A DNA stretch of 33,990 bases from assembly GCA_947303905.1 (NCBI GenBank), contig CAMYZR010000001.1, forward strand, positions 1 through 33,990, read 5' to 3'. The DNA comes from an uncultured Atopobiaceae bacterium. GTDB taxonomy: Bacteria; Actinomycetota; Coriobacteriia; Coriobacteriales; Atopobiaceae. Of this stretch, positions 8,399 through 16,049 are shown in pieces. The notes under the pieces were generated by a model. It searched no databases. It saw nothing but the letters and a program-made list of their open reading frames with translations, and was not told the DNA's origin. Each line of letters opens with the position of its first letter. The first letter of the stretch is position 1. The translations under genes were made by a program, and so were the position numbers.

Positions 8399-8707
8399 CT
8401 ACAGCTCGTCGGTCTCGTCACGCTCGCGGTTGTAGAAAGCCGTGATGCTGGCGTTCGCGTGCTCGCTGATCTTCTGCTCGACGTAGCGCTCTCGCATCTG
8501 AAGGATGGCGAGCATCTCGTCGGCGATCTCCTCGGGTGAGTGGGGATTTGCCCCACGCAGGTAGGAGGTCATGCGGCGCAGCGACCACTCGCCACCGAGC
8601 TGGCTGGCAATCACCTCGCCGAACTCTCCGGGATAGCCCAGCTCCTCTATCGCGGCGATGAGGTCCGCGCGTGCGGCTTCGCGCATGGCGTCTGGCTGCG
8701 GGCTCAT
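8399..8707 (-). CDS. Hypothetical 102-aa protein, translationally coupled to the upstream methyltransferase
   Basis: Sequence: MSPQPDAMREAARADLIAAIEELGYPGEFGEVIASQLGG... This is M107 of track ORF 8399-9025. Its ATG (8707-8705) overlaps the methyltransferase TGA (8706-8704) as ATGA. I recognise no family. Confidence 0.55.
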   Translation of the reverse strand: MSPQPDAMREAARADLIAAIEELGYPGEFGEVIASQLGGEWSLRRMTSYLRGANPHSPEEIADEMLAILQMRERYVEQKISEHANASITAFYNRERDETDEL

Positions 8708-9471
8708 GCGGCACCGCCCTTGTGGGCACGCACGGCGAGAAACGACGGAATGCCCAGCTCTCCGAGCCGGCCCTCCTCGTTGACGTCGTCGTAGAGGTCG
8801 TCGATGACGAGTCCTGCGCGCAGTATCGACCCAAGCAGCTCGCCGGCCGTGTGGGAGAACTGCACGCCACCGTCCTCCTCCTCGAGCACGGCCATCAGGG
8901 CGGGGTCGGCGATGGGGTCGAAGGGCAGGCCGCGCACGATGCGCTCCTCGTCCTCGTCCACGACGAAGTTGATGCCCGTGTCGAGGCCTGCAAGCAGCAC
9001 TCCACCGGGGCGCAGCACCCGGCATACCTCGCGCCAGATGGGCTCGACCTCGCGGACGTAGCAGAGGCTCACCGGGTTGATGACCAGGTCAAACGAGGAG
9101 TCGTCAAAGGGAAGCGGCTTGGTCATGTCAGCCTGGCAGACGGTTATCTCGTAGCCCTCTCGCGCGGCGACGGTCCGCTCGCTCTCGATCTGCGAGCTCG
9201 CGTAGTCGAGTACGGCGCAATTTGCGCCCGCGGCCGCGAGGATGGGCATCTGCTGACCGCCTCCCGCAGCGAGGCCCAGGACGTCGGCGCCCTCGAGTGG
9301 GGGATACCAGGTGGCGGGCACGGGCTTTGTGGGCGTCAGCACCAGTTGCCAGTCGCCCTCTGTGGCACGCAGGTACGCCTCATGGCTCACGGGTTGTCCC
9401 CAAAGCCATCCCTCGGCCACCCAACGGTCTATCGTAGCTGCGTTGATGTCCTGATACCGCCGTTCGCCCAT
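8704..9471 (-). CDS. Class I SAM-dependent methyltransferase (Methyltransf_11-like, small-molecule/protein type)
   Basis: Motif I VLGLAAGGGQQ, post-I VLDYS, and LVINPVSLCYV...LRPGGVLLAG are present. The start is taken at M36 (9471) of track ORF 8704-9576. There are no DNA-methyltransferase motifs (no DPPY/NPPY, no PCQ). Confidence 0.75.
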   Translation of the reverse strand: MGERRYQDINAATIDRWVAEGWLWGQPVSHEAYLRATEGDWQLVLTPTKPVPATWYPPLEGADVLGLAAGGGQQMPILAAAGANCAVLDYASSQIESERTVAAREGYEITVCQADMTKPLPFDDSSFDLVINPVSLCYVREVEPIWREVCRVLRPGGVLLAGLDTGINFVVDEDEERIVRGLPFDPIADPALMAVLEEEDGGVQFSHTAGELLGSILRAGLVIDDLYDDVNEEGRLGELGIPSFLAVRAHKGGAA

Positions 9472-9574
9472 GCGCCGCTCCCTTCTCGTCGCAAGCTCCC
9501 GCAGGGGGCATAATGGTCTGAAGAATACCACTACCAGCGGACATGCGATGGCAGGCGTGAAGAGGGGAGGCATC

Positions 9575-10750
9575 ATGTCGGACTACGGCAACGTGCTGGT
9601 GATCGGAAGCGGCGGCGTAGGCAAGTCGACGCTCATCCGCAAGGTGCTGGGCTCTGACGTGAACGAGACGGGCGGTGGCCTGACGCACGAGGTCCATGTC
9701 TACGAGAGCCTCTCCGTGCCGTACCGTGTCATCGATGCGGGGGACCTGGGTGGCAGCTTCCTGGCACGTCGCGCGGGCATCAGGGCGGTCAAGCGGTGGT
9801 CGAAGGCCAATGCGCTCGATGGCAACGCGGACAACGACATCAACGTGATCTGGTACTGCATCGAGGGCAAGTCGCGCAAGCTGATCCGCCAACAGGTCAG
9901 CGAGCTCGCGCGGGCCACCGACGTGTGGTACTCGGTGCCCATCATCGTGGTCATAACCAAGTCGTATGCCGAGCTTGAGCGCGAGGAGAACGTGGCCCTC
10001 GTGCAGCAGGCCTGCAACCGCCGCCGTCGCCTCAAGCGCAACGTGCGCGCCATCATACCCGTGGTGGCCGACACCTACCAGCTCAGCAGCACGACCTTCG
10101 TGCCGCCGTCGGGTCTGCCAGAGCTGCTGGAGGCCACCGACGAGCTCATGCCCGAGGGCGTTCGCGCGGTGAAGACCGATATCGAGGCCTTCACGCTCAA
10201 GCGGCGCCGCGCGGTGGCACGCAGCATCGTGGCGGCCTCCACTGCCGCCGGCGTCACGGTGGGGGCGGTTCCCATACCCATCTCCGATGCGCTCATCCTC
10301 ACGCCCATCGAGACCGCCGAGGTCAATGCGCTGGCGACGCTCTACGGCATCGGCAAGGACAGCAGCTCCAAGAAGCTCCTCAGCACCATCCTCGAGGTGG
10401 GCACCGTGAGCACGGCGGCCAAGGCTGCCATCAGCGCGCTCAAGGCGGTGCCAGGCATCAACTTCGGTGCCAGCGTCATCAACGCGGCCATTGCGGGCAG
10501 CATCGTCGCGGCGATAGGCGAGTCGACGACGCGCGTCTTCGAGCGGATCTACGTGGGCGAGAAGACCCTCGATGACACCGAGTGGGTGAAGAGGGCGCTC
10601 GAGTCGAGCCTCTCCAAGGACTTCATCGCCAGAGGGACCAAGGTGCTGGGAAAACTCTCGGGCGTCTCCGCTGGCAAGGACCAGAAGGCCGCCATCGCGG
10701 GGCTTCTGGTTGGCGCGTTCACCCACAAGTCCGGGGAGTCCGACGAGTAG
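9575..10750 (+). CDS. P-loop GTPase fused to a DUF697-type membrane-associated C-terminal domain
   Basis: G1 is VIGSGGVGKST, G3-like is DLGG, and G4-like is ITKS. The C-terminal segment AASTAAGVTVGAVPIPISDALILTPIETAEVNALATLYGI, plus Gly/Ala-rich amphipathic segments, is typical of DUF697. The start at 9575 follows SD GAGGGGAGG. The gene is divergent from the methyltransferase. Confidence 0.7.
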   Translation: MSDYGNVLVIGSGGVGKSTLIRKVLGSDVNETGGGLTHEVHVYESLSVPYRVIDAGDLGGSFLARRAGIRAVKRWSKANALDGNADNDINVIWYCIEGKSRKLIRQQVSELARATDVWYSVPIIVVITKSYAELEREENVALVQQACNRRRRLKRNVRAIIPVVADTYQLSSTTFVPPSGLPELLEATDELMPEGVRAVKTDIEAFTLKRRRAVARSIVAASTAAGVTVGAVPIPISDALILTPIETAEVNALATLYGIGKDSSSKKLLSTILEVGTVSTAAKAAISALKAVPGINFGASVINAAIAGSIVAAIGESTTRVFERIYVGEKTLDDTEWVKRALESSLSKDFIARGTKVLGKLSGVSAGKDQKAAIAGLLVGAFTHKSGESDE

Positions 10751-10776
10751 GCGAGCCGCAACTATCGGCAAAACGT

Positions 10777-10822
10777 GCAGCCCTGAGGGATTATTGATGC
10801 CTCGGGGCTGCATGCGTTTTTT
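10777..10822 (+). terminator. Rho-independent terminator after the GTPase gene
   Basis: GCAGCCCTGAGG (10777-10788) pairs with CCTCGGGGCTGC (10800-10811), with one G-U pair. A T6 run (10817-10822) follows. Confidence 0.7.
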
Positions 10823-10869
10823 CAGGTAAGGTGTAACAGGTCAAACCAATGCCAGGATGAGGAGATGTC

Positions 10870-12129
10870 ATGGCAGGAAAGCACAGTGCGCCAAAGCCGC
10901 AGGCGCAGCAGCCAGTTCAGACGATATCGGGTCAGCCGATGTACGTTCCCGCAGGGTCGGTGCCGCGCAAGCGTCGTCGCCGCGGCTGCCTTCTGGGGCT
11001 GTTCGTCACCCTGCTCATCGCCGCAGGCGTTGCTGCCGGCGCGTACTTCATTCTCAACCCGCCGCGTTACGACGTGACGGTCAACGGCCAGACGGTCACC
11101 GTGGACCGCGGCGCCACCATCGCCGACGTCATCGAGGCCGGTTACGCCACACCCACCGCGGGCAACCTGATGGCCATCGACGGGAGCGTGGCGCAGGAGG
11201 GTGGCGGAGACGCGTTTGCCGCCACGGTCAACGGAACGGCCACCACCGATGCCAAGACGGCTCTGGACAAGGATGCGGTCGTTGAGATCACGGACGGCGC
11301 CGACCAGGTGGAGACCGAGACGGTCACGACCGAGGCCATCCCCTTCGAGACCGTCGGCAGCGAGCGCACCGCCGATGCCTACTGGACCGGCTCTCTGCAT
11401 GTGAACCAGAAGGGCGAGGAGGGCGAGCGTACCGTCCGCACGGGCGACGTGTCGGGCGTGCAGATCGCCGAGCAGACCAAGGCTCCCGTGGACGAGGGCT
11501 ACCGCGTCTACACGGCCAACGTGGGGGAGGACAAGGTCATCGCACTGACCTTTGACGACGGCCCCTGGCCTGACACGACCGACGCCATCCTGGACGTGCT
11601 GGAGGCAAACGGGGCCAAGGCAACCTTCTTCACCATCGGCAACCAGGTGGCTCCGTACGCCGACCAGGTCAGGCGAGAGGCTGAGCTGGGATGCCAGGTC
11701 TGCACGCACTCGTGGGACCACGCCAGCGGCAGCGGCCAAGGCGTGAACCTCACCTATATGTCCGTCGACGAGCAGATCAACGAGATCACGCAGGGCTACG
11801 CAGCCATCAAGGAGGTGCTGGGCGAGGAGCCGTCCCACGTCTTTAGGGCTCCGGGTGGCAACTACTACGGTGACATCATCGCCACTCTGGCACCCTACGT
11901 GGACGCCGAGGTTGGCTGGGACGTCGACACGGAGGACTGGCGCCTTCCGGGCTCCGACGCCATCTACACGGCCATCATGAGCGCACAGCCCGGCCAGGTG
12001 ATTCTCATGCACGATGGCGGCGGCGACCGGTGGCAGACGGTCGAGGCCATCAAGCGTGCGGTTCCCGAGCTGGTGGCCCAGGGCTATAGCCTGGTCACCA
12101 TCGACGAGCTGCTCGCCTACGAGAGCTAG
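10870..12129 (+). CDS. Membrane-anchored polysaccharide (peptidoglycan) deacetylase, NodB domain, with an N-terminal DUF348/G5-like region
   Basis: The N-terminal TM helix is LLGLFVTLLIAAGVAAGAYF. NodB motifs: TFDDGP, HSWDH, RAPGGNY, ILMHD. The middle region (TVNGQTVTV...; HVNQKGEEGERTVRT) looks DUF348/G5-like. The SD GAGGAG precedes the ATG. Confidence 0.82.
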   Translation: MAGKHSAPKPQAQQPVQTISGQPMYVPAGSVPRKRRRRGCLLGLFVTLLIAAGVAAGAYFILNPPRYDVTVNGQTVTVDRGATIADVIEAGYATPTAGNLMAIDGSVAQEGGGDAFAATVNGTATTDAKTALDKDAVVEITDGADQVETETVTTEAIPFETVGSERTADAYWTGSLHVNQKGEEGERTVRTGDVSGVQIAEQTKAPVDEGYRVYTANVGEDKVIALTFDDGPWPDTTDAILDVLEANGAKATFFTIGNQVAPYADQVRREAELGCQVCTHSWDHASGSGQGVNLTYMSVDEQINEITQGYAAIKEVLGEEPSHVFRAPGGNYYGDIIATLAPYVDAEVGWDVDTEDWRLPGSDAIYTAIMSAQPGQVILMHDGGGDRWQTVEAIKRAVPELVAQGYSLVTIDELLAYES

Positions 12130-12145
12130 TCTCGCTGGGGTTTTG

Positions 12146-12718
12146 ATGGACCTGCACGCTGCGATCGAACGTTACGCTCCTTTCAACGAGCAGGAGGCGC
12201 GCGACCGCCGTCTCCTGCTGGCCCTTCTCGAGAGCGGCCAGGAGCTCTACACGCGCGAGAACGAGGTCTGCCACCTGACGGCCTCTGCGTGGGTCGTCTC
12301 ACCGGACCGTCAGCGCGTGCTCATGTGCTACCACAACATCTACGACTCGTGGTCGTGGCTGGGCGGACATGCCGACGGGGAGCGTGACCTTGCTGCCGTC
12401 GCCCTGCGCGAGGTGCGCGAGGAGACCAGCCTCACGCATGTGCGGCTGGTCTCGCCCGACATCTACTCGCTGGAGGTGCTCACGGTGGACGGTCACGAGA
12501 AGCGCGGGGCCTACGTGAGCTCGCACCTGCACCTCAACGTGACCTACCTCGTGGAGGCGGACCCGTCAGAGCCGCTGCGCACCAAGGCCGACGAGAATAG
12601 CGGCCTTGCGTGGTTTGGCCTCGACGAGGCCGTCCGGCGCTCGAGCGAGCCATGGTTCAGGGAGCGGGTCTATCCCAAGCTCAACGCCAAGCTTGCGCGG
12701 TTTGAGGCAAACGACTGA
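12146..12718 (+). CDS. NUDIX hydrolase
   Basis: The Nudix box is GGHADGERDLAAVALREVREETSL. The start is taken at M45 (12146) of track ORF 12014-12718. Confidence 0.8.
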   Translation: MDLHAAIERYAPFNEQEARDRRLLLALLESGQELYTRENEVCHLTASAWVVSPDRQRVLMCYHNIYDSWSWLGGHADGERDLAAVALREVREETSLTHVRLVSPDIYSLEVLTVDGHEKRGAYVSSHLHLNVTYLVEADPSEPLRTKADENSGLAWFGLDEAVRRSSEPWFRERVYPKLNAKLARFEAND

Positions 12719-12728
12719 GGAGGTAGTC

Positions 12729-13205
12729 ATGGCGAAGACGCTCCTGAACGACAAACTGTCGGCGTCCTATCCAAAGGGATTTCGCGTCATGGACGAGGAC
12801 GAGAGGCAGAAGGTCTTTCCTGCTGCCAATGCCAACCTCTGGGCCATCTGGGACAAGCGTCATCACGTGATCATCTCCGTGCAGTGGCATGAGGCCAACG
12901 CCCTGCTCTCGAAGCTGGTCGACACCAAGAGCCTGACCAAGCGCGTGCAGGTCCAGGCGCGCAAGGCATACAAGGACATGGGATACGAGGACAGCGAGCT
13001 CTACCGCGCCACGGTCTGCGGGGAGACCGCCTGGGGAGTCGACTTTGCCTATCAGATGCAGGGTGTCGACCAGGTGGCAAAGGCGCTCGTGTTCAAGCAC
13101 GATGCGTGCACGTACACGCTCTACTGCTATGGGCGCAAGAGCAACGCGGCAACAGCCACCCGACTCTTTGACGACTTCCTGGCTTCGCTCAGCTTCTCCA
13201 AGTGA
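12729..13205 (+). CDS. Hypothetical 158-aa protein
   Basis: An ATG at 12729 follows SD GAGGAGG. The ORF has normal codon and amino-acid composition and no recognisable motif. It lies immediately upstream of the peptide-export operon on the same strand. Confidence 0.5.
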   Translation: MAKTLLNDKLSASYPKGFRVMDEDERQKVFPAANANLWAIWDKRHHVIISVQWHEANALLSKLVDTKSLTKRVQVQARKAYKDMGYEDSELYRATVCGETAWGVDFAYQMQGVDQVAKALVFKHDACTYTLYCYGRKSNAATATRLFDDFLASLSFSK

Positions 13206-13337
13206 TTGCCCCTGTGGTCTAGCGATAGGGCACCACACCTACTTCTGCCTGTCTAAACTGGATAAATACGATATGCTCACCCAATACGAGCAACGCATCG
13301 TTTATGGCTATGCGAACCTACGAGAAGGGGACGACCG

Positions 13338-13844
13338 ATGGCTGCCGATGCCTCCTCCATCTTTAACAAACAGGCGGTGGAACGCCTGCGCAGTCCCGAT
13401 GACCTTGACCGATATCTGAGGGCGACCACCCCTGGCGTGTGGATGGTGCTGTTTGCCGTCTTCGTCCTGACCGTGGGCCTCCTGGCCTGGGGCGTGTTCG
13501 GGTCGGTCTCCGCGAGCGTCTCGACGACCGGCGCAAGCATCAACGGCGTGGTGTACTGCATGCTTGACGGTGACCAGGTTGCCCAGGTGCACGAGGGCGA
13601 CCCCGCCTACGTCGACAGCCAGCAGGCGCATGTGGCACGGGTGAGCAAGGTCCCCCTGTCAGTTGCCGAGGCAAAGGGCGTGCTTTCCAGCGACTATCTC
13701 GTGGAGGCGCTCATGCCTGGCGAGTGGGGCTATCTGGTCGTACTCGATGGCGCCTCCTTGGAGGGGGAGGGCATACCCGTGACAGTGAGCATCACTACCG
13801 CACGCATCGCGCCGATCTCTCTCGTCTTGGGAGGCACGCAGTGA
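13338..13844 (+). CDS. Short HlyD-like 'NHLM/NHLP bacteriocin system secretion protein' (membrane-fusion-type adaptor lacking the coiled-coil hairpin)
   Basis: The N-terminus FNKQAVERLRSPDDLDRYLRATTPGVWMVLFAV matches the conserved start of the NHLP-system HlyD family (TIGR03794, as I recall). A single TM helix and a small beta-rich domain follow. The stop overlaps the next gene's start as GTGA. At 168 aa it is much shorter than the ~400 aa I associate with this family. Confidence 0.65.
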   Translation: MAADASSIFNKQAVERLRSPDDLDRYLRATTPGVWMVLFAVFVLTVGLLAWGVFGSVSASVSTTGASINGVVYCMLDGDQVAQVHEGDPAYVDSQQAHVARVSKVPLSVAEAKGVLSSDYLVEALMPGEWGYLVVLDGASLEGEGIPVTVSITTARIAPISLVLGGTQ

Positions 13845-16006
13845 GCAGGTTGCCCAAGGTCCCGCAGGTCATGCAGATGGAAGCCCTGGAGTGCGGAGCG
13901 GCCTGCCTGACCATGATCCTCGCCTACTATGGGCGCTGGGTCCCTCTCGAGCAGGTACGAGCAGACTGTGGCGTCTCGCGTGATGGCAGCAAGGCGAGCA
14001 ACGTCCTTGCGGCGGCGCGCAGCTACGGGCTGGCGGCGAAGGGCATGTCCTTCTCGGTGAGGGCCCTGACCAAGCGCTCGCCCTACCCCTGCATCATCTT
14101 CTGGAACTTTAATCACTTCGTGGTGCTGCGCGGCATAAAGGGCAAGTACGCCTACCTCAACGATCCGGCGCGCGGTCAGGTGCGGGTCCCCCTCGCCGAC
14201 TTCGAGAAGTCCTTCACGGGCATCGCGCTGGTCTTCGAGCCAACCGAGGCCTTCGAGAAGGGCGGCGAGGCTCCCTCGGGCTTCAAGTCCTCGCTGTCGT
14301 ATATCGCCGGTGCGGGGTCTGCCATTGCCTTTGTCATGGCGACCGCGGCCATCTCGTCGCTGTTGGGCATCTTCAACACCTCGCTCAGCCGCGTCTTCCT
14401 CGACCGTGTGCTCTCGGGGGACAATCCCGAGTGGCTCGTGCCTCTCACTGCGGTCATGGCCCTCATTGCCGTGCTCCTGACGATCGTCAACGTGCTCAAC
14501 GCGGTCTATCTGGTGAACATCCAGGGGAAGCTTGCCGTGGTGTCGTCCTCGCGCTTCATGCGCCACCTCCTGCACCTGCCGATGGGCTTCTACGCCCAGC
14601 GTATGGTGGGCGACCTCCAGCAGCGTCAGGCGGCAAACGAGACCATCGCCTTCTCGCTCATCGGACAGCTGGCGCCCGTGCTCATCAACTCGGTCATGCT
14701 ACTGCTCTACCTGGCCATCATGGTGCGCTACAGCCTGGTGCTCACGCTGGTTGGCATCGTCACGGTGGCACTCAACGCCTTGGTGGCACGCTACATCTCG
14801 AGCAAGCGCGTCAACGTCGCCCGTTCCGTCGTGACCGACTCGGGCAAGCTCTATGCCGTGACCGTCGCCGGGGTGGAGATGATCGAGACCATCAAGGCGG
14901 CAGGTGCCGAGAACGGCTACTTCCAGCGTTGGGCCGGCTATCAGGCAAACGTCACCGACGGCAGCGCGCGCATGACCGCCATCAACGAGTACCTTGGCGC
15001 GGTACCCACGGTTCTCTCGCAACTCGGCAACATCTCGGTGCTGCTGGTGGGCATCTGGCTCATCGTCGCGCGGGGATTCACGCCCGGTGCGCTTCTGGCC
15101 TTCCAGGGCTTCTTGGGGTCCTTCATGGCGCCGGTGACCCAGCTGATCGGGCTGGGGCAGACGGTGCAGGAGATGCAGACCCAGGTCGAGCGCGTCGAGG
15201 ACGTCATGCGCTACGAGAGCGACGTGCCCGAGGATTCGTCGGAGGAAGAGGAGATCGAGGCGGCGTCCGCCTTCGGTCGCGAGAAGCTGCGCGGTGCGGT
15301 GGACGTGAAGAAGGTCACCTTCGGCTACTCCCCGCTGGACAAGCCGCTCATCGAGGACTTCGACCTGCACCTCGAGCCGGGTCAGTGGGTTGCGCTCGTG
15401 GGTTCGTCAGGCTGTGGCAAGTCAACCATCGCCAAGCTCGTCTCGGGGCTCTACAAGCCATGGAGCGGGGAGGTCCGCTTCGACGGCACGCCGCTGGACG
15501 AGATTCCGCGCTCGGTGTTCCGCGGGTCGCTCGCCGTGGTCGACCAGGACATCGTCACCTTCGACGACACGGTGAGCCAGAACGTGAAGCTGTGGGACAA
15601 GTCCATCGAGGACTATGAGGTCATCATGGCCTGCCGCGATGCGGACGTCCATCAGGTCGTGGCCGAGCGCGAGGGTGGCTACGAGAGCCGCATCCTGCCC
15701 GGCGGCCGCAACTTCTCTGGCGGCCAGCTGCAACGCCTGGAGATCGCGCGCGTGCTGGCGCAGGATCCCACGGTCATCATCTTGGATGAGGCGACCAGCG
15801 CGCTTGACGCGCAGACCGAGGCGGAGGTCATCAGGCGGATTCGCAACCGCGAGATCACCTGCATCGTGGTGGCGCACCGCCTCTCGACCATTAGGGATTG
15901 CGACGAGATCATCGTGCTCGACCAAGGCAAGGTGTTGGAGCGCGGCACTCATGACGAGCTGCTGGCAAACGACGGTGCCTACGCCGAGCTTGTGAGGAGT
16001 GACTAG
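13841..16006 (+). CDS. Bacteriocin/peptide export ABC transporter with an N-terminal C39 peptidase domain (peptidase/permease/ATPase; NHLP-type ABC1)
   Basis: The C39 catalytic set is intact: QMEALECGAACL (Cys), NFNHFVVLRG (His), LNDPARG (Asp). A six-TM permease region follows. ATPase motifs: Walker A GSSGCGKST, signature FSGGQLQR, Walker B ILDEATSALD. The GTG start at 13841 follows SD GGGAGG. ATG 13871 is an alternative start. Confidence 0.88.
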   Translation: MSRLPKVPQVMQMEALECGAACLTMILAYYGRWVPLEQVRADCGVSRDGSKASNVLAAARSYGLAAKGMSFSVRALTKRSPYPCIIFWNFNHFVVLRGIKGKYAYLNDPARGQVRVPLADFEKSFTGIALVFEPTEAFEKGGEAPSGFKSSLSYIAGAGSAIAFVMATAAISSLLGIFNTSLSRVFLDRVLSGDNPEWLVPLTAVMALIAVLLTIVNVLNAVYLVNIQGKLAVVSSSRFMRHLLHLPMGFYAQRMVGDLQQRQAANETIAFSLIGQLAPVLINSVMLLLYLAIMVRYSLVLTLVGIVTVALNALVARYISSKRVNVARSVVTDSGKLYAVTVAGVEMIETIKAAGAENGYFQRWAGYQANVTDGSARMTAINEYLGAVPTVLSQLGNISVLLVGIWLIVARGFTPGALLAFQGFLGSFMAPVTQLIGLGQTVQEMQTQVERVEDVMRYESDVPEDSSEEEEIEAASAFGREKLRGAVDVKKVTFGYSPLDKPLIEDFDLHLEPGQWVALVGSSGCGKSTIAKLVSGLYKPWSGEVRFDGTPLDEIPRSVFRGSLAVVDQDIVTFDDTVSQNVKLWDKSIEDYEVIMACRDADVHQVVAEREGGYESRILPGGRNFSGGQLQRLEIARVLAQDPTVIILDEATSALDAQTEAEVIRRIRNREITCIVVAHRLSTIRDCDEIIVLDQGKVLERGTHDELLANDGAYAELVRSD

Positions 16007-16049
16007 GGGTCGGTCCTTGCGGACGGACCGCACCGAAGGGAAGGTGCGC

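Noticed and set aside
13045-13419. A 124-aa plus-strand ORF bridging the 12729 gene, the intergenic region and the HlyD-like gene, considered as a possible additional precursor
   Set aside because: It overlaps two better-supported genes out of frame. It has no SD and no GG-type motif, and its Arg/Pro/Ser-rich composition is that of an alternative-frame artefact.
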